DNA from: Lama glama
Taxonomy: Eukaryota
DNA length: 64,000 nt
Assembly (NCBI GenBank): GCA_028534125.1
Contig: CM052817.1
Coordinates: 62,994,001-63,058,000 of the forward strand
Direction: 5' to 3'
The translations under genes were made by a program, and so were the position numbers. The notes under the pieces are model-generated. The model was not told the DNA's origin and ran no database searches. It saw only the letters and a list, made by a program, of their open reading frames with translations. How positions within the stretch are numbered: the stretch's first letter is position 1; each line of letters starts with the position of its first letter. Shown piece after piece: positions 27,025-40,888 of the stretch.

Positions 27025-27110
27025 CTACCATGTTTGTGTACCTCATGTAGGTACCTTTCACATACAATATAAGGTGAATGGCACCTAGTCAAATTGTGCA
27101 ACAGGGCAGG
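27025..27110. mobile_element. MER91-like palindromic MITE remnant (hAT-Tip100)
   Basis: Inverted arms 27048-27063 and 27072-27087 (13/16 complementary) with a gtgaatggcacc...ttgtgcaac core. Confidence 0.5.
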
Positions 27111-27470
27111 AATGCAATCACTAAAATTGGTAAAATGCAACAAGGACTTTGCAATATAAATCATTTATCTGATTAATTAGAAAAAGGGAGAGTTTTCTGG
27201 CTGATCAATCTATAACCAAACCTCTGCAAGTGCTTTGAAATTGCTAGTTTTTGAACTGAAGAATATAATATATGTAAAACAAATTCCAGCTAAAAGGGAC
27301 TTTAGAAGCCCTTTTGGTCAACATTAAGTGATTTCTTTGAGATAAAAGTATGTTCCTACTCTTTTGAGCAAAAACATTCTTTAATTAGCTCCATAAATTT
27401 GAAAATGTTTGAAGGAATTGTCCTTCAAACATAATCTTTCTGCAAATATTTATTCCTATATTTAAAATAT

Positions 27471-28065
27471 TTTTATTAAAGTATAATTTACTTAAATATA
27501 CAATTAAAAAGGATGAGTTAACAATGGGTTTACAGGTCTATTAATTTTTATGAAGCTGACACATCAAAAAAAAAAACCACAAAACAAAAAACAGGACACC
27601 ATTCACATTTCAGAAGCTCCCCTCAAGCCCTCTCCCAGTAGCAGCCCTCTTCTATAGAGGTGATCACTTTCCCAAAGATTAGATCGTTTCTGAACATTAT
27701 TCAAATGGACTTTTACAGATTTTTCTGACTTCAAACTTATGATTGTGATATCAAACTATGTTGTTGCAGGTAGCTGTAATTTGTTCCTTTTCATTTCTAT
27801 ATTCATTGTATGACTATCACACAATTTATTCATCCACTACATTCTTGTAGACAATTTTGTTGTTTCTAATTTGGGGTCATTTCAAGTACTGATGCTATGA
27901 ACATTTTTGAAGATGTTTTCTGGTGCACAAATATAGACATTTCTTTTGTATCTGTACTTAGAAGTGAAATTGTTTACTCATGGGGTACTCATGTTCATGT
28001 TTAGTAGATATTGCCAAAAGTTCAACAAAGCCGTTACACCACCAGCTTGAAGTGTACAGTGCTAT
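27471..28065 (-). mobile_element. L1ME-type 3' end
   Basis: ttttattaaagtataatttac...cagaagctcccctcaagccc...gatgctatgaacatt...ttagtagatattgccaaa. Confidence 0.8.
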
Positions 28066-28444
28066 ATGTTGCTTGGTATCTTCTATTTCTTTGGAAACTT
28101 TTGTGCTATTTTTCTTTTCTTTTCTTTTCCATTTCTGCTATCTCAACTCATTTATTAAGTAGATCAGAAGGTCAGAAATATCTAAGACTCCAAAAAGATG
28201 TTCTGATGACACCTTTCAAGCTCTGAGGAAACCATCTGCATGTCCAATCACATCTCCAAATAGTAAATCTGCACTACATCAAAATCAGCCCAAAACTACA
28301 CAAGGAGAAATTAAGCCACAGAGAAATGGAGCTCAGAGCCCTGATTTAGGAGGGAAAATATTTGATTTCAAAGAATAAAGATGAGTTCTAGTCCTGACTC
28401 AGTCACTAGTTATGGGCCATTAGGATCTTTAACCTCATTTCTTT

Positions 28445-28468
28445 TGTGTGTGTGTGTGTGTGTGTGTG
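28445..28468. repeat. (TG)12 microsatellite
   Basis: Read directly. Confidence 0.95.
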
Positions 28469-28489
28469 CTATTTTTCTTAAATTTTATT

Positions 28490-29482
28490 TCCATCCCACT
28501 GCCTGTAGCTTCTGTCTTTGTTACTCTAATTATAAATATTAATTTTCTTTTTACAATGCCCCATATGTGTCTTACTCCTTCTTCTGTACTTTCCAAACTT
28601 TTTAATCTCTCTGTGCTGCAGTTTGCTTATTTTCACTGATTTATCTTTCAGATCATAAGTCCTTATTTAGGCTATGTGTAATGCACTATTAATTAAATGT
28701 ATGAAGTTTTTAATTATAGGTAGTATATTTTTCTAATGTTAACATTACTCTTGAACTATTTTCTGTAAATTCTAATTTCTTGATGAAATTCTCCATCTTC
28801 CCATATATTATCATATGTGGGTATAGACATAGAGATATATAGATAAATAGATATAAATTTGAGTTATTTTAAAACCTGTGGCTGATATCGCCACCATTTT
28901 TTTTTCTGTAGGTCTGATTCTATTGTCTGGCTTTTCAATTGGTTTTTAATTTTTTTTTTTTTGGTATCCTGGCTTACTGCCTTTGTTTGTTTGTTTGTTT
29001 TAACAACAAACCAGACATTGTATATGAAAATGTGCACAGGTTATTTGTAGGAACAGAAAATGTTATTTTTTTCTTCTTTTGCTCCTAACAAGCAGTTAGA
29101 TTAAAGGAAGACTGCTTTAATGGTTCAGGAATTGAAATGTTTTGAGGATAGATTTCAGTCTTTGTGCAGTACTTCTTCTGATGCTTAGACTAAGGACAGA
29201 TCATCATGATATAATCAGAAGAGAGCTGGATGAAGTTGAAGTTTGGCTGCGACTTGTAAATGAGTGAATAACTCCTAACCAAGGGCGACTTCCAGCATCA
29301 ATCAGGCTCACTTCTTTTTGTTTCTCATCCTTCTAAGATACTGACCTTTAAATTTTTGGCTGATTTGATAGTTTTCTGATGTTTTTAAATTGTTTTTTTT
29401 TAATACTTTATTCACTTCCCTATTTTTTTTCAGCAGAAGAGTTGGTCTGATAGAACCTGATCTGCCATAGCCAAAAGCAAAA
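28490..29482 (-). mobile_element. Old L1 5' UTR/ORF1 fragment (L1ME/HAL1-like)
   Basis: T-rich; tctctctgtgctgcagtt, tttcactgatttatctttca, terminal ttggtctg...tctgccatagccaaaag. Confidence 0.6.
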
Positions 29483-30252
29483 ATTTTATGTACTTATTCT
29501 TCACACAAACCATGCTACATTCACATGTGTTTTATTCAACAAGAACAGCAATGTAGTGAAAGGCATAATGTATAAATTTTGGTTTAATTTATAAATGTGT
29601 CTTTTGTCATTTTAATAAAAATTTTTAATGTAATATCTGATATTAAAAACACAAGTTTATTATTCATATATATATAGACTTCTTTATGTTCCTAATATCA
29701 TCTTTGGACTTCATTTCTAAAGACTAATTTAGGCAAATTATTATAGAATTATTTAAGACTGCAGTCTAAACATAAATATAAAAGTTAAATAATATTTTCA
29801 TAGAGTGATCTCTATTGGGTATCTAAATGTAGCCATATGAAACTGCTAATTTTTAGATGGAAATACACAAATATTCTGTATGATTTTAGGTCATCTTTAC
29901 ATGACTATATTTTTCCCTTAGTTAAGGATAAATCCATTGAATAATTATACAATCAAATAATCAATTTTTCATTTAGTTTCAGAAATAGTGATTTCATCAA
30001 GTTAGAAATAATCAGTAAAATCATGTACTTACAAGAACTTTTGGTGATAGTATTTAATCACGGATATGGAGAATTTATAAATTTTAATCACAAAGTCTGT
30101 CTCAATTTTGAAGGTGTCTTACAGTTTTTGATTTATTTTAATGTTGGCTCAAAAACTTGTAAACAACTCTTTATTCACAATTTGAGAACAAATGAATATT
30201 TCCAACAAAAATGTAATATAATTATAGGTTGGAATAAAGAAAATAAGCACAT

Positions 30253-31341
30253 TTTCTTGCAATTTTGCACAGCAAAGAAAACCATAAACAAAATGAAAAG
30301 ACAACCTATGGAATGGGAGAAAATATTTGCAAATGATGCTACTGACAAGGGCTTAATTTCCAGAACATAGAAACAGTTTATACAACTCAATGACAACGAA
30401 AAAAAAACCCAAACAATACAATAAAAAAAATGGGCAGAAGATATAAACACATTTCTCCAGTGAAGACATACAGATGGTCAATAGGCATATGAAAAGATGC
30501 TCAATATTGTTAATTATGAGAGAAATGCAAGTCAGAACTACAATGAGGTATCATTCACACCAATGAGAATGGCCATCATTAAAAAGTCCAAAAATTATAA
30601 ATGCTGGAGAGGGTGTAAAGAAAAGGGAATCCTCTTACACAGTTGTTGGGAATGTAGTTTGGTGCAGTCACTATGGAAAACAGTATAGAGATACCTCAAA
30701 AAACTAAAAATAGACTTACCAAAAGATCCAGAAATCCCACTCCTGGGCATTTATCTGGAGAAAACTCTAATTTGAAAAAATACATGCACCCCAATGTTTA
30801 TAAAAGTACTATTTACAATAGCCAAGACATAGAAGCAATCTAAATGTCTATCAACAGATGACTGGATAAAGATGTAGTATATATACACAATGGACTACTA
30901 CTCAGTCATAAAAATGAATGAAATAATGCCATTTGCAGCAACACAGATGGATCTGGAGATTATACAAAATGCAGTAAGTTAAACAGAGAATGACAAATAT
31001 CATATGATATCATTTATATGTGGAATCTAAACAAAAAAAATTACACAAATGAACTTATTTACAAAACAGAAAAAGACTCACAGACATAGAAAACAAACTT
31101 ATGGTTACCAAAGGAGGGGGGAGGAACAAATTAGGAGTTTGGAGTTTGCAGATACTAACTACTACATGTAAAACAGAAAAACAAAAGGGTCCTACTGTAT
31201 AGCACAGAGAACTATATTCAATATCTTATAATAACTTATAATGAAAAAGAATATGAAAAAGAATATATACATATAAGTAAATCACTATGCTGTACGCCAG
31301 AAACTAACACAGCACTGTAAATCAATTACACTTCAATAAAC
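30253..31341 (+). mobile_element. 5'-truncated, relatively young L1 (ORF2 C-terminus pseudogene plus 3' UTR)
   Basis: Translates as [33 protein letters not shown] and [39 protein letters not shown] (L1 ORF2 Cys-rich end); AATAAA and A-tail; degenerate 17-bp TSD 30236-30252 / 31342-31358 (14/17). Confidence 0.95.
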
Positions 31342-31624
31342 AAAGAAAAGAAGTCCATCAATTAGAATTTAACTATTTACATGTGTACATACTGATGTTT
31401 ACTTAAGCACGTGTCTTCTCACTTCATTTTCTACTTATATTGATAAAAATGGAACAACTTGCAATATTTACACTAATTCAATATTGAATAAACTAAAGTG
31501 AAATATACTACATTGATTAAACAATTCAGTTGGTTCTGCCTTGTATATGCTCTCGTCTTCCATTCACCCTAGAAAAACTGATGCTCCTAAAGACTTCCAT
31601 CTGATGGCCTTCTGACAGCTTAAC

Positions 31625-32290
31625 CACTTTTATTCAAACTAGATTTGCCGAGCAGCTACACCATGCCTGTCCATCTTAGACTGACTAGGGAAGTATACCC
31701 CAGTGATAAACAGGAAACTCTGGCACTGCCTGCTGAACCACAGAGCATCCCTCCAACCTTCCTCTACTCTGGTCCTCTCATTCACATCCCAACAGTCCTG
31801 CTCAAGTCTCTGCCAGCAGCCTGGGTAGTTTCTTTATCTTTGAGTAATGAAAAGGTCCTGACTCTGATCTGGATCTGTCCTTAGAATCTGGATCACGACC
31901 CCCAGCTGGATCTGCAAACTGTCCTTGCTCTGACTCCTACACACATTCATACAAATTTATGGCCAGATCTCTGAGAACCAGCCTTCTGTGTATCTACGAT
32001 AATTCTCCACTTACGTTTTGGGACAAATCACTGCTTTGCTTTATTCCTCTTTTCCGTACTTTATGCCATTTGCTTGGATCATAACTAGAAATTGCCTCTC
32101 TCACTTGAGAGTGTCTTCCAGGCTGGATCTCCTCACACAACAGGATATAAGCACTGGGGCTTGTTCCATGGTGTGTCAGGCAACAGTCTCCTTCTTGCCT
32201 CTAACGTCATTTCTTACAAATTAGCTGCTGTGCTCTCTCAGGAATTCAGAGACACAGCAAATCTCACATAAGCAATCCTTTGCTGTGTCA
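31625..32290. mobile_element. Possible ancient LTR, family unassigned
   Basis: GC-richer CT-rich island ending in tgtgtca; no TSD seen. Confidence 0.3.
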
Positions 32291-33559
32291 TAGAATTGAC
32301 TTCTCTTTTTCCCTATGTAAATGATATATTATTTTCTAACTATAGGGACAAATTTATCAGTTTAAAATAACAGTCAAATATTATTTTGTCAATCTTAAAA
32401 GTAACCAAACATAATATATGATATCTAACATACAAGGAAAACAGAAACCTCAATGAAATGAACATTCTTCATTCATTTCAGAAAATATAGCAAGGCTGGC
32501 ATATTTATGAATTCTGCTACTACCAATGAAAGAAACTGAATTATGAAAAACCACCAAAATGAAGTCTGCAATACCAAACTCATATTAAAAATATATGACT
32601 ATAGATAGTTATTCCATCTGACTCAAATTACAGCTTCAGGTGAGATACAAATAGAAGAGTGATGAAAGAAGTGTAGAGACACTAGTGAGTCTACCTTGAT
32701 AATCAAGGAATGAAAAGTACTTTTCAATCAGATCACCTTCACCTACAAAACATGAGACTTAATATAATTATTCAGTTAATCCATCAATGCATCCTCCTCC
32801 CCAAAATTGAAATCTATGATGAATAGGTATATAACATTCAGAAAAAATAAACTTCTGCTAATACTTATTTTCACTAGAATTCATTTTACTTAACTGTTTT
32901 ATATGATCATTCTGACCAGAGATAATTTTGATGTAGTACATTAAGAAAACTAAGCTTCTAGCCATTTTTATTGCCAAGTAATAAGAAAAGCATATGCTCT
33001 TACCTTGTCTGAATATTAGCTATCACTACATTTAGATGTGTTTAGGATGAGCTGAGACTCAGGAATTAGCCGAACAAAATATGAAGTTTCCAAATCATGG
33101 ATGGGATTAAAGTCGGGAAAAATCTTATGAATAAGTCAGGGATGGAGTTAGGATCAGAAGAGGAGATGAGCCACAGGGTGAAGTTCAGATATAAATCTTG
33201 GAATAAATGCCTGTAGAATATTATTCTTGGTATAAAAATAGCCTTTAAATATTATAATGTCTTTATACACAAACTGTTGCAATACAATATGTTGTTTAAT
33301 CAACCATATCACTGTCCTGTTTCATCACAAATATAAAAAGGTTTACATTAAGGGATTCCCAAAGAATTTATTCCCCAAGAGTTAAAATATTAAAATATAC
33401 ACATAGAGATTTCTTTTTTTGCAACTAAATCAGAAGTTAAATATAGAAATAGCAAAGTTTAGGCAAAACAGCTAGTGGAAGTCTCAGTAGAGCAGGATGA
33501 GAAGGTGAGTTTGAATAAACCTTAATTGTCATTGATTTCATTATTCCTTGGAGAAAAAC

Positions 33560-33901
33560 TGTGTTAACAGAAAGACTATGTTTCAAAGAAGCCCAGAGAA
33601 AGGACATTCGAAAGGCTGGACCCTGACCATGTGACTTAACATCTACCTAGTCTGGGAGAAGGTCCACATGGCTCAAATGGGAGAAAGCTGCCTCAGGCTA
33701 TCCCAGTGTGATGACACCAGCCATTTCAATTATAAAACTAATTATCCTTGAACTGATTCTGTACCCACTGAGCTAACTCCTGTTTGGAATTTGGCTTCTC
33801 TAGGAAGACTTCCCTACAGAGAATGGATGTCCCAGCTTATCACCATGAACACCACAGTTGTATTGCTCATTAAAAATCAATACTCTGTCATTCTGGTTAC
33901 A
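33560..33901 (+). mobile_element. Possible old ERVL-type solo LTR
   Basis: TG...ttaca termini, tataaaa near 33731, attaaa about 30 bp before the end. Confidence 0.4.
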
Positions 33902-34044
33902 GCTGAATCTTTTAAAAATATGATTATTATGGGTTAGTTCTCAAGAGACTAAAGTACTTGAGCTACACAGACAAAATTATGTTTCTGTTCCAGAAACACT
34001 GAGAAGTAAACATACTCAGTGCATCAAGTCAGAATTTTTAAAAC

Positions 34045-35560
34045 CTTTTTTATTCAGTTTTAATGTACACTCGGCAAAATGCAGAGATTTGAACTGTTTG
34101 CTTGATTGGCTTTGACAAGTCTATATGCCTGTGTATTCAACATTCCAAACAGAATGTTTCTACACCACATAGACTGTGCTCATTGTTCTTTTGAGTCAGT
34201 CTCTTCACACAGAGGAACTCTTTAGATCCCTATCACCACAGATCATTTTTGCCTCTTCTAGAACTTTATATGAATGGAATCATAGGGCATATATTACTTT
34301 TTCTTGACATTTTATGCACTATGATAGTTACAAAATGCATCTACGTTGCTGCACTTATTAGTAATTGTTGGTTTCTTGTTTAGTTTATCCCACTGTATGA
34401 ATGTACCAGAATTTGCATATCCATTTTCCTGAGGATAGGTAACTTGTTTCCCTACCATCTCTCGCACCTCCCAGTTTGGAGCTATTACAAATAAAGATGC
34501 TAAACCCTTCTTCACATATGTTTTGTGGGGGAATATGTACACAGTCATTTATTTTCATTATACACCCAAAAGTGGAAGTTTAAGATTATTGGGCAGATGC
34601 ATGTTTCATTTACTTTAAGAGAGTATCAAACAGTTTCCATGTTATGTTTCCACTGGCAATGCATAACATGAGAGTTCTCAGTTACTCCACATCTTCAAAA
34701 CACTTTTTTTAAACATTTAAAAAATTTAGTCATTCTAGAGAGAATCCAGTGATAGCTCATTGTCTTAATTTTCATTTCCTTGATGAAGCACAATGTTGAG
34801 CTCCTTCCACATGCGTATTTTCTTTTGTAAAATCTTTGTTCAAGTCTTTTAATTGATTAGTTGGTGTTTTCAATTATAAATTGAAGGAGCTCTTTATATT
34901 ACCTGGATACAAGTCCTTTACCAGAAAATTTGACAAATACTTTTTCCTAGTCTTTGTCTTGCTTTTTCACTTAATAGTGTCTATTAATGAGAGAAGTTTT
35001 CAAATTTTAATGAAGCCTAATTTTTAATGTCTTTTTTAAAATATATTGCTAGTGCTTTTGCATTCTAAGAAAATTTTGCCCACCTCGGGATTGTGATGAT
35101 ATGTTTCTATGTTTCGTCTATAAACGTTAAATATTTTCATTTTCTATTTAGAGCTATAATACATCTTTAATTAATTTTGTATATATTTTAAGGTATGGAA
35201 AAAGATTCATTTTTCTTAATTTCAACATTCATTTGTTCCTACATCATTAGTTGAAAAGACTTTGCTCTCTCTTTGCTTTGCCACTTTTGTTAAAAATCAA
35301 TTTCCACAATTATGTGAGCTTATGTCTGAACTTTATGTTCAGTTCTATTAATCTATTTATATACCCTTATTAATTTCTGTCCCTTTAAAGTACTTTGTAA
35401 AGTTGAGCAGTAGAAATCACTCATCTTCTTATTCCTTTTTTAAAGTTGTTTTGGCTCTTTTAAACCATGTGCATTTTCATATAATCTTTAAGTTTACCAG
35501 ATACTTTCTCAAAAATCACTATTAGGATGATAATGGTGATTACATACTTAAAAGATAGTT
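34045..35560 (-). mobile_element. L1ME-type 3' UTR and ORF2 fragment
   Basis: tatgaatggaatcata, tttggagctattacaaataaagatgct, ctggatacaagtccttta, ttgaaaagactt. Confidence 0.85.
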
Positions 35561-37197
35561 ATTTCTTATATGTATTTTTGCTATTATTTTCTATTTCAAT
35601 TCTGATTTTAACAAAGAATACATTCTGTGTACTTGATACTTAAAATTTACAAACACTTTTTTTAAGGTGTCAGGTTTGTTGTATTAAATGCATGCACTTG
35701 AAAACTGCATTCTATAGTTATTGAATGTGATGTTCTATAAATGTCACTTTAGGTAAAGACAGATTATTTCGTTAGTTAAATCTTCTAAGTCCTTATAGAC
35801 TTTCATCTACTAATTCTATAAATTACTGAGAGAGGAATGCCAAAACAACTATTTGTCAATTTTTGTTTTATAAGTTTGAATTTGTTAGTAGGTGACTAAA
35901 CATGTATTATTGATTAATTTACTTCATTATTATGAAATTTCTCTTCTGAAAATACAGACAAGTACAGCCTGTCTGTTATTAATAAAGCCACACTATGTTT
36001 TTATGAGTAACATTTCACTTTCTCTGTCTTTATATTTAATTAATAGTTGTCTCTTATAAAGACTATGTAGCTCAGTTTTCCTTTTTTATACCAGGTTGGA
36101 AATTGCTGCCTTAAAATTAATATGTTTAGTCCATTTACAATTTACATAATTATTGGTATGGTTGGGTTTAATCTACACTACATTGCTATTTGCTTTCTGT
36201 TAGGCTTATCCTTTCTTTGTTTCTCTTTTCCCATCTCTCTTTTACTTAATCAAGTAGTTCCTACCATTTTTATATCCTCTATTTTGTATAAAAACAAAAT
36301 TTTGTATTTATTTTAGGTTACTTTTATAGTGCTTATTCTAGCAATTATAATGTGCATCCTTAACTGACCGTTTTCCAGCTTGAATTATAATACCATCTTA
36401 CGTATAATGTAAAGCTATTGCCATCTTTACTTTTTTGCTACTTTTATCATATATTTGCAACTACGTATGTCATTAACTTCATAAAACACAGGTATTTGTT
36501 TTGCTTTATATAAATTTGCTTTAAAATTGCTTTAAATAAATAAATATTATTTTTAATAAAATTAAGAAAAAATAACATTTTATGTTTAACCCCAAATATA
36601 TCATTTCTAGTGTTCTTCCCTCATTTGTTTAGATACAGATTTCCATCTGATATCATTCCCTTCATCCTGAATAACTTCTTTTAGCATTTCCTTTAAGGTA
36701 GGTTTGGTGGTAGTGAATCTTCTTATATATCATTTAGTTGAAATGTCTTTGTCTTCATTTTAGAATATTTTCACTATAGAATTCTGTGTTGATGTTTTCT
36801 TTTAGTACTTATCCTCTTTATTTGGCCATTGATTCTTACATATTGCAATTGGCTTATGCCTTTCTTTTCCTCTGCTATTTTCAAGTTTCTTCTGTAACTT
36901 TAATTTTCAGCAGTTTGACTGTAATGTGTCTAGATGTGGTTTTGTTTGTATTTATTCCATTTGGGGTTGCCTGAGCTTCTTTAATCTTTAAGTGCATTAA
37001 TTTCACAAAATTGGAGTATTTTCAGCTATTAAATCTTCAAATATATACTCTGCCCTAATCCTTCTGCATCTAGGATTTCATTACACATCAGACTGCTTGA
37101 TGTAGTTCCATAAGTTCCCTGAGTCTTTAATAAACTTTTTCTTCATTTTTCAGATTAGATTATTTCTACTGATCTGACTGCAATTTACCTCACTTAC

Positions 37198-37199
37198 AT

Positions 37200-37230
<31 letters not shown>

Positions 37231-37232
37231 TT
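37198..37232. repeat. (ATTT)n tetranucleotide repeat
   Basis: Read directly. Confidence 0.9.
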
Positions 37233-37314
37233 AATTTTGCCATCTTCAATTTGCTGTTAAACGTATCTGGTGAATTTTTCATTTCAGATATTGTAATTTC
37301 TATTTACACTTTGT

Positions 37315-37757
37315 TATTTTTAAAAACAGCTGTATTAAGATACAATCATATAGCATAAAATTCACCAGTTGTAGGTATATAATTCAATGCTTTTAAATAA
37401 ATTTATAAAGTTGGGAAGCTAGTATTAGAACATTTCTATCATTTCAGGATGATTCCTTTGTACAGTTGATCCCCATTCCTACCTCCAAATCCAAGCAGCA
37501 ACAAATCTGCTTCCATCTTTAAAGATTTCTCTTTTATATCCATATCTTATAAATGGCATCATACAATATGCAATCCTTTGCATCCAGCTGCATTTACTAA
37601 AGCCAACATTTATGAAGTTTACCCATATTACAACATACAACATTTTGTCTATTTTTTATATTTTTTTCATTCACCAGTTGATGGACATTTGGATCGTTCC
37701 AAATTTTTGCTTATGAATAACGTTGCTATTGAACTGAACATAAAATTCTTTGTGTGG

Positions 37758-37798
<41 letters not shown>

Positions 37799-38090
37799 AT
37801 ATAGGTTTTATAGGTTTCACTTGTGTGTAGATTCATAGGACTCATATTTCTGTGTCAAATACTGAGTTTAGGCTTTACTTTTTAAAAAATTGACAAACTG
37901 TTTTCCAAAATGACTATACCATTCTACATTCTAATCAGCAGTACATGAGAGTTACAGTTCTTCCTCATCCTCAACACTTACAATTTTTGGCATTCAAAAA
38001 TTATAGCCATTATAGTGAGTTTAAAATGGTATCTTCTTGTGCTTTTAAAGTTCATTTCCTTAATGACAGAGTTATTGAGTACCTTTTTTT
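37315..38090 (-). mobile_element. L1MB-type 3' end nested in an older L1
   Basis: aacagctgtattaagatacaat...cataaaattcacc, ttcaccagttgatggacatttgg, aaactgttttccaaaatgactataccatt. Confidence 0.85.
37761..37792. repeat. (CA)16 microsatellite
   Basis: Read directly. Confidence 0.95.
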
Positions 38091-38166
38091 AAAATTTTTT
38101 ATAGTTTATATATTTCTACTGAGAATTTACAGATGTCCATTCATCATGACATTATATCCCTCTAAG

Positions 38167-38374
38167 TCAGATTTCTAATCAGTAATATTTTGAAACAGAT
38201 AATCGCTTGTCTGGGGAAGCTGTTTTGTGCAGCACAGGATGTTTAGCAGCATCCTTGGCCTCTACTCATTGAATGCCAATAGCACACCCATCAGTTGTAA
38301 CAATCAAAAATACCATCATAAGTGGTCAGACGTCAACTCGGGGGGTCAGAAAGCATCCCAGTTGAGAACTTCTG
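38167..38374 (-). mobile_element. MER20 (hAT-Charlie)
   Basis: aggatgtttagcagcatccttggcctctactcattgaatgccaatagcac...cagttgagaacttctg; opposite orientation to the copy at 55034. Confidence 0.85.
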
Positions 38375-39644
38375 CTTTATTCTTTGATAGTAGTAATGAA
38401 TTCCACATATGCTAATTCCAACATTATGAAGTAGATTTTCCTGTTTTTTCAAGTATACAAAGATATACTGTAATTATGGATCACACATTGTAAAGACTCT
38501 GGCTTCTGCTATCTTCTGTATCATCTGTATTAATTTTTGTTTGGCACTCAATTAAATTGATGTCTTACTGCCTTGTAAAACGGGAACTTGGTTTTTGTGC
38601 TTTATTAAGTTTGGCCTGTCTTATATTTTCCCTTATTCCTGGAGTGAATCCCTTAGTTCAGGGATGTGCTCTTTATACCTGATGTAAGTCTCTTTTGGTT
38701 TTTCAATGAAAAACCCAAGATATTGACAAGTACCTCCAACTTGGTAGGATTCAGACTTACTACTACATTTCTCATGAAATGGGTGGCAGCTGAATTTCTG
38801 CTCAGGGTTTTCAGCACTCCATCTGTGTCTTTCCACTTGGTTCCTTAGTCTCCCCAACAGTTGCATAATTCTGTGGTCAAAGATTTGAAGACACTTTTTC
38901 TCAGTATTTTGGGCTTCTCCATCCTTTTTGGTATTTTCCCTTGCTTAAGTTTCCAGTTGCTCTAGTACTGCTAAACTGTATCTTCTAGCCTTACCTCAAG
39001 CAGATCAAGATCTTAGATTACTGTTTGAGTTACAGCTATCACATGGAAAATGCTTTATCAAGGTAGACTTCACAACAAGATCTCCTCAGCTAGCTTTTGC
39101 CTGTTTGTGTCAAATCCCATTCAATTTTCTCCTGCTTTAGTCTATTTCCCATGCCTTGAAATAGTGTGTGTGAGTGTGCATGTCTATTTTTATTGAGTTT
39201 ATAATCATCTGTGGGCATGTTAGTTTGACAGTATTTACTCTGATATTACCTCTGCATGGTTATCCTTTAATATCCAAAATTTACAACAAGATTAAATAAC
39301 TTCTTCACAGTCACATAGTTAGTAAAGTAACTCTTTTTCCATTTCACTATACTTTTATTTCCTAACATTGTTTTTTCTATACAGGTTTTCTTTTTTTCAT
39401 CTTTTTAAAGTCAATCATCTGGAGTTAAAAGTACATGATTTGTATTTTACTATTTATTAATTTACAGATTGTCTATAATACTCAATCACAGGTGTTCACT
39501 GTCAAAGAGTAGCATTAATATGTATGTATTTGATTAAAATAAAACAATTTAGGAAAAGCAGACTTCCATTCCTAATTTTGAATTAAATAGACTGCATCTT
39601 AAAGTCAACTTCAGAATGCTAACTCCAAACGCCTTTTCAGCTTT

Positions 39645-39790
39645 ATCAAAATACTTGTACAAATATGTGTCAGTCTACTTATGGATTCTCTACTCCATTT
39701 ATTTATCTGCCTATTTTTTAGTTTATACTATAGTGTTTTTATTTTTGCAGCTTTATAATAAAACTTAAAATTATCTGGTGAAATAAGTCC
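39645..39790 (-). mobile_element. L1 ORF2 fragment
   Basis: atatgtgtcagtctacttatggattctctact...gcagctttataata. Confidence 0.6.
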
Positions 39791-39794
39791 AGTT

Positions 39795-40118
39795 AAAATA
39801 CTAAAGCCAAACCCACAGAAACAGAGAGTATAATGGTGGTTACCAGGGGGATGAGAGGGTAGGGTAAATCAAAATACATTGGTCAAAGAGTACAAACTTC
39901 CAGTTATGAGACAAATAAGTTCTGGGGATCTAATGTTCAGCATAGTGATTATAGTTAATAAAACTGCATTATACACTTTAAAGTTGCTAAGAGAGTTAAT
40001 CTTATATAATGTAATGGTGGTGTTAGTTAATGCTATGGTGGTACTCATTTTGCAGTATGTAAGTGCATCAAATCAACATGTTGTATGCCTTAAACTTTAA
40101 AAAAAAAAAGAAAGAAAA
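39795..40118 (+). mobile_element. L1MA9-like 3' UTR with A-tail
   Basis: acagagagtataatggtggttaccaggg...ggtcaaagagtacaaacttccagttatgag...aagttgctaagagag. Confidence 0.85.
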
Positions 40119-40229
40119 CCCTAGTGTAATTCTTAGTTCTAAGGATTTCCAACACTTAAAAAAATACAGAAATCCCTCTGTTTTTCCTTCACTGCAAATT
40201 AAGTTAAATTAATTAATTAATAATGAATT

Positions 40230-40415
40230 AGTAGTAATACTATTAAACTTTTCATGCTTGAGTATATTTAAATCTTAGCTTCAGAATAACTCATGCATTT
40301 CAAATGAGGAATCTTAACATTAATAGATTAACTTTAGCACACAGTTAATAAATGGCAGAGTCTGAAATCAAATTCTGGCAGTTTAAGCCAGAGCTGAGTT
40401 CTTAGCTACCTTACT
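40230..40415 (-). mobile_element. MIR
   Basis: caaatgaggaatct...cacacagttaataaatggcagagtctgaaatcaaatt. Confidence 0.65.
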
Positions 40416-40888
40416 TCTATTAGTAATAAAGCAGTTGAAAACAATGCTGAATTGTACAAAGAAAACAATAAATTATTTTAACTTCAGTCAGCAAAAATAA
40501 TTGCTATTATTTTGGTGTGCATTTTTTCCAGACTTTTTTAAATTTAAATACCAATAGTATGCCAAAAATGAATACATTCTTGAATGTGATAACAAATATT
40601 GATCATTCAGTCCAGCAATCTGAATACAATATTATATCCCAGACTTATTTAAGTCAAGAGTGTGAAGAAAATAAAGGGATTTTTGAAATAACAGAATCTA
40701 TATTCAATAATGAGAATAACATAGTAAGTTGTGTTTATATTTATGTACAATGAACAATAAAGGATATGAAAGATAAAAGGATATTCTTTTTCAGGTTTTT
40801 TTCTCACTAAGGCAATTGAAATGACCCTTAACCAACAACATTTGCTAAAGGATATCTCCTTGTTTTGTGATTTTGTTAAATTAACATT

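Larger units (their letters stand above)
35560..39245 (-). mobile_element. Old L1 (MC/MD/ME-type) ORF2 start, ORF1 and 5' UTR, interrupted by L1MB and MER20 insertions
   Basis: ttctataaatgtca, ttactgagagagg, ttttcagcagtttgactgtaatgtgtctagatgtgg, ggtgaatttttcatttcagatattgta; homology resumes near 38090. Confidence 0.8.

Noticed and set aside
30023..30688. ORFs of 115 aa and 63 aa as genes
   Set aside because: The recognisable parts are fragments of L1 ORF2, broken by stops and frameshifts.
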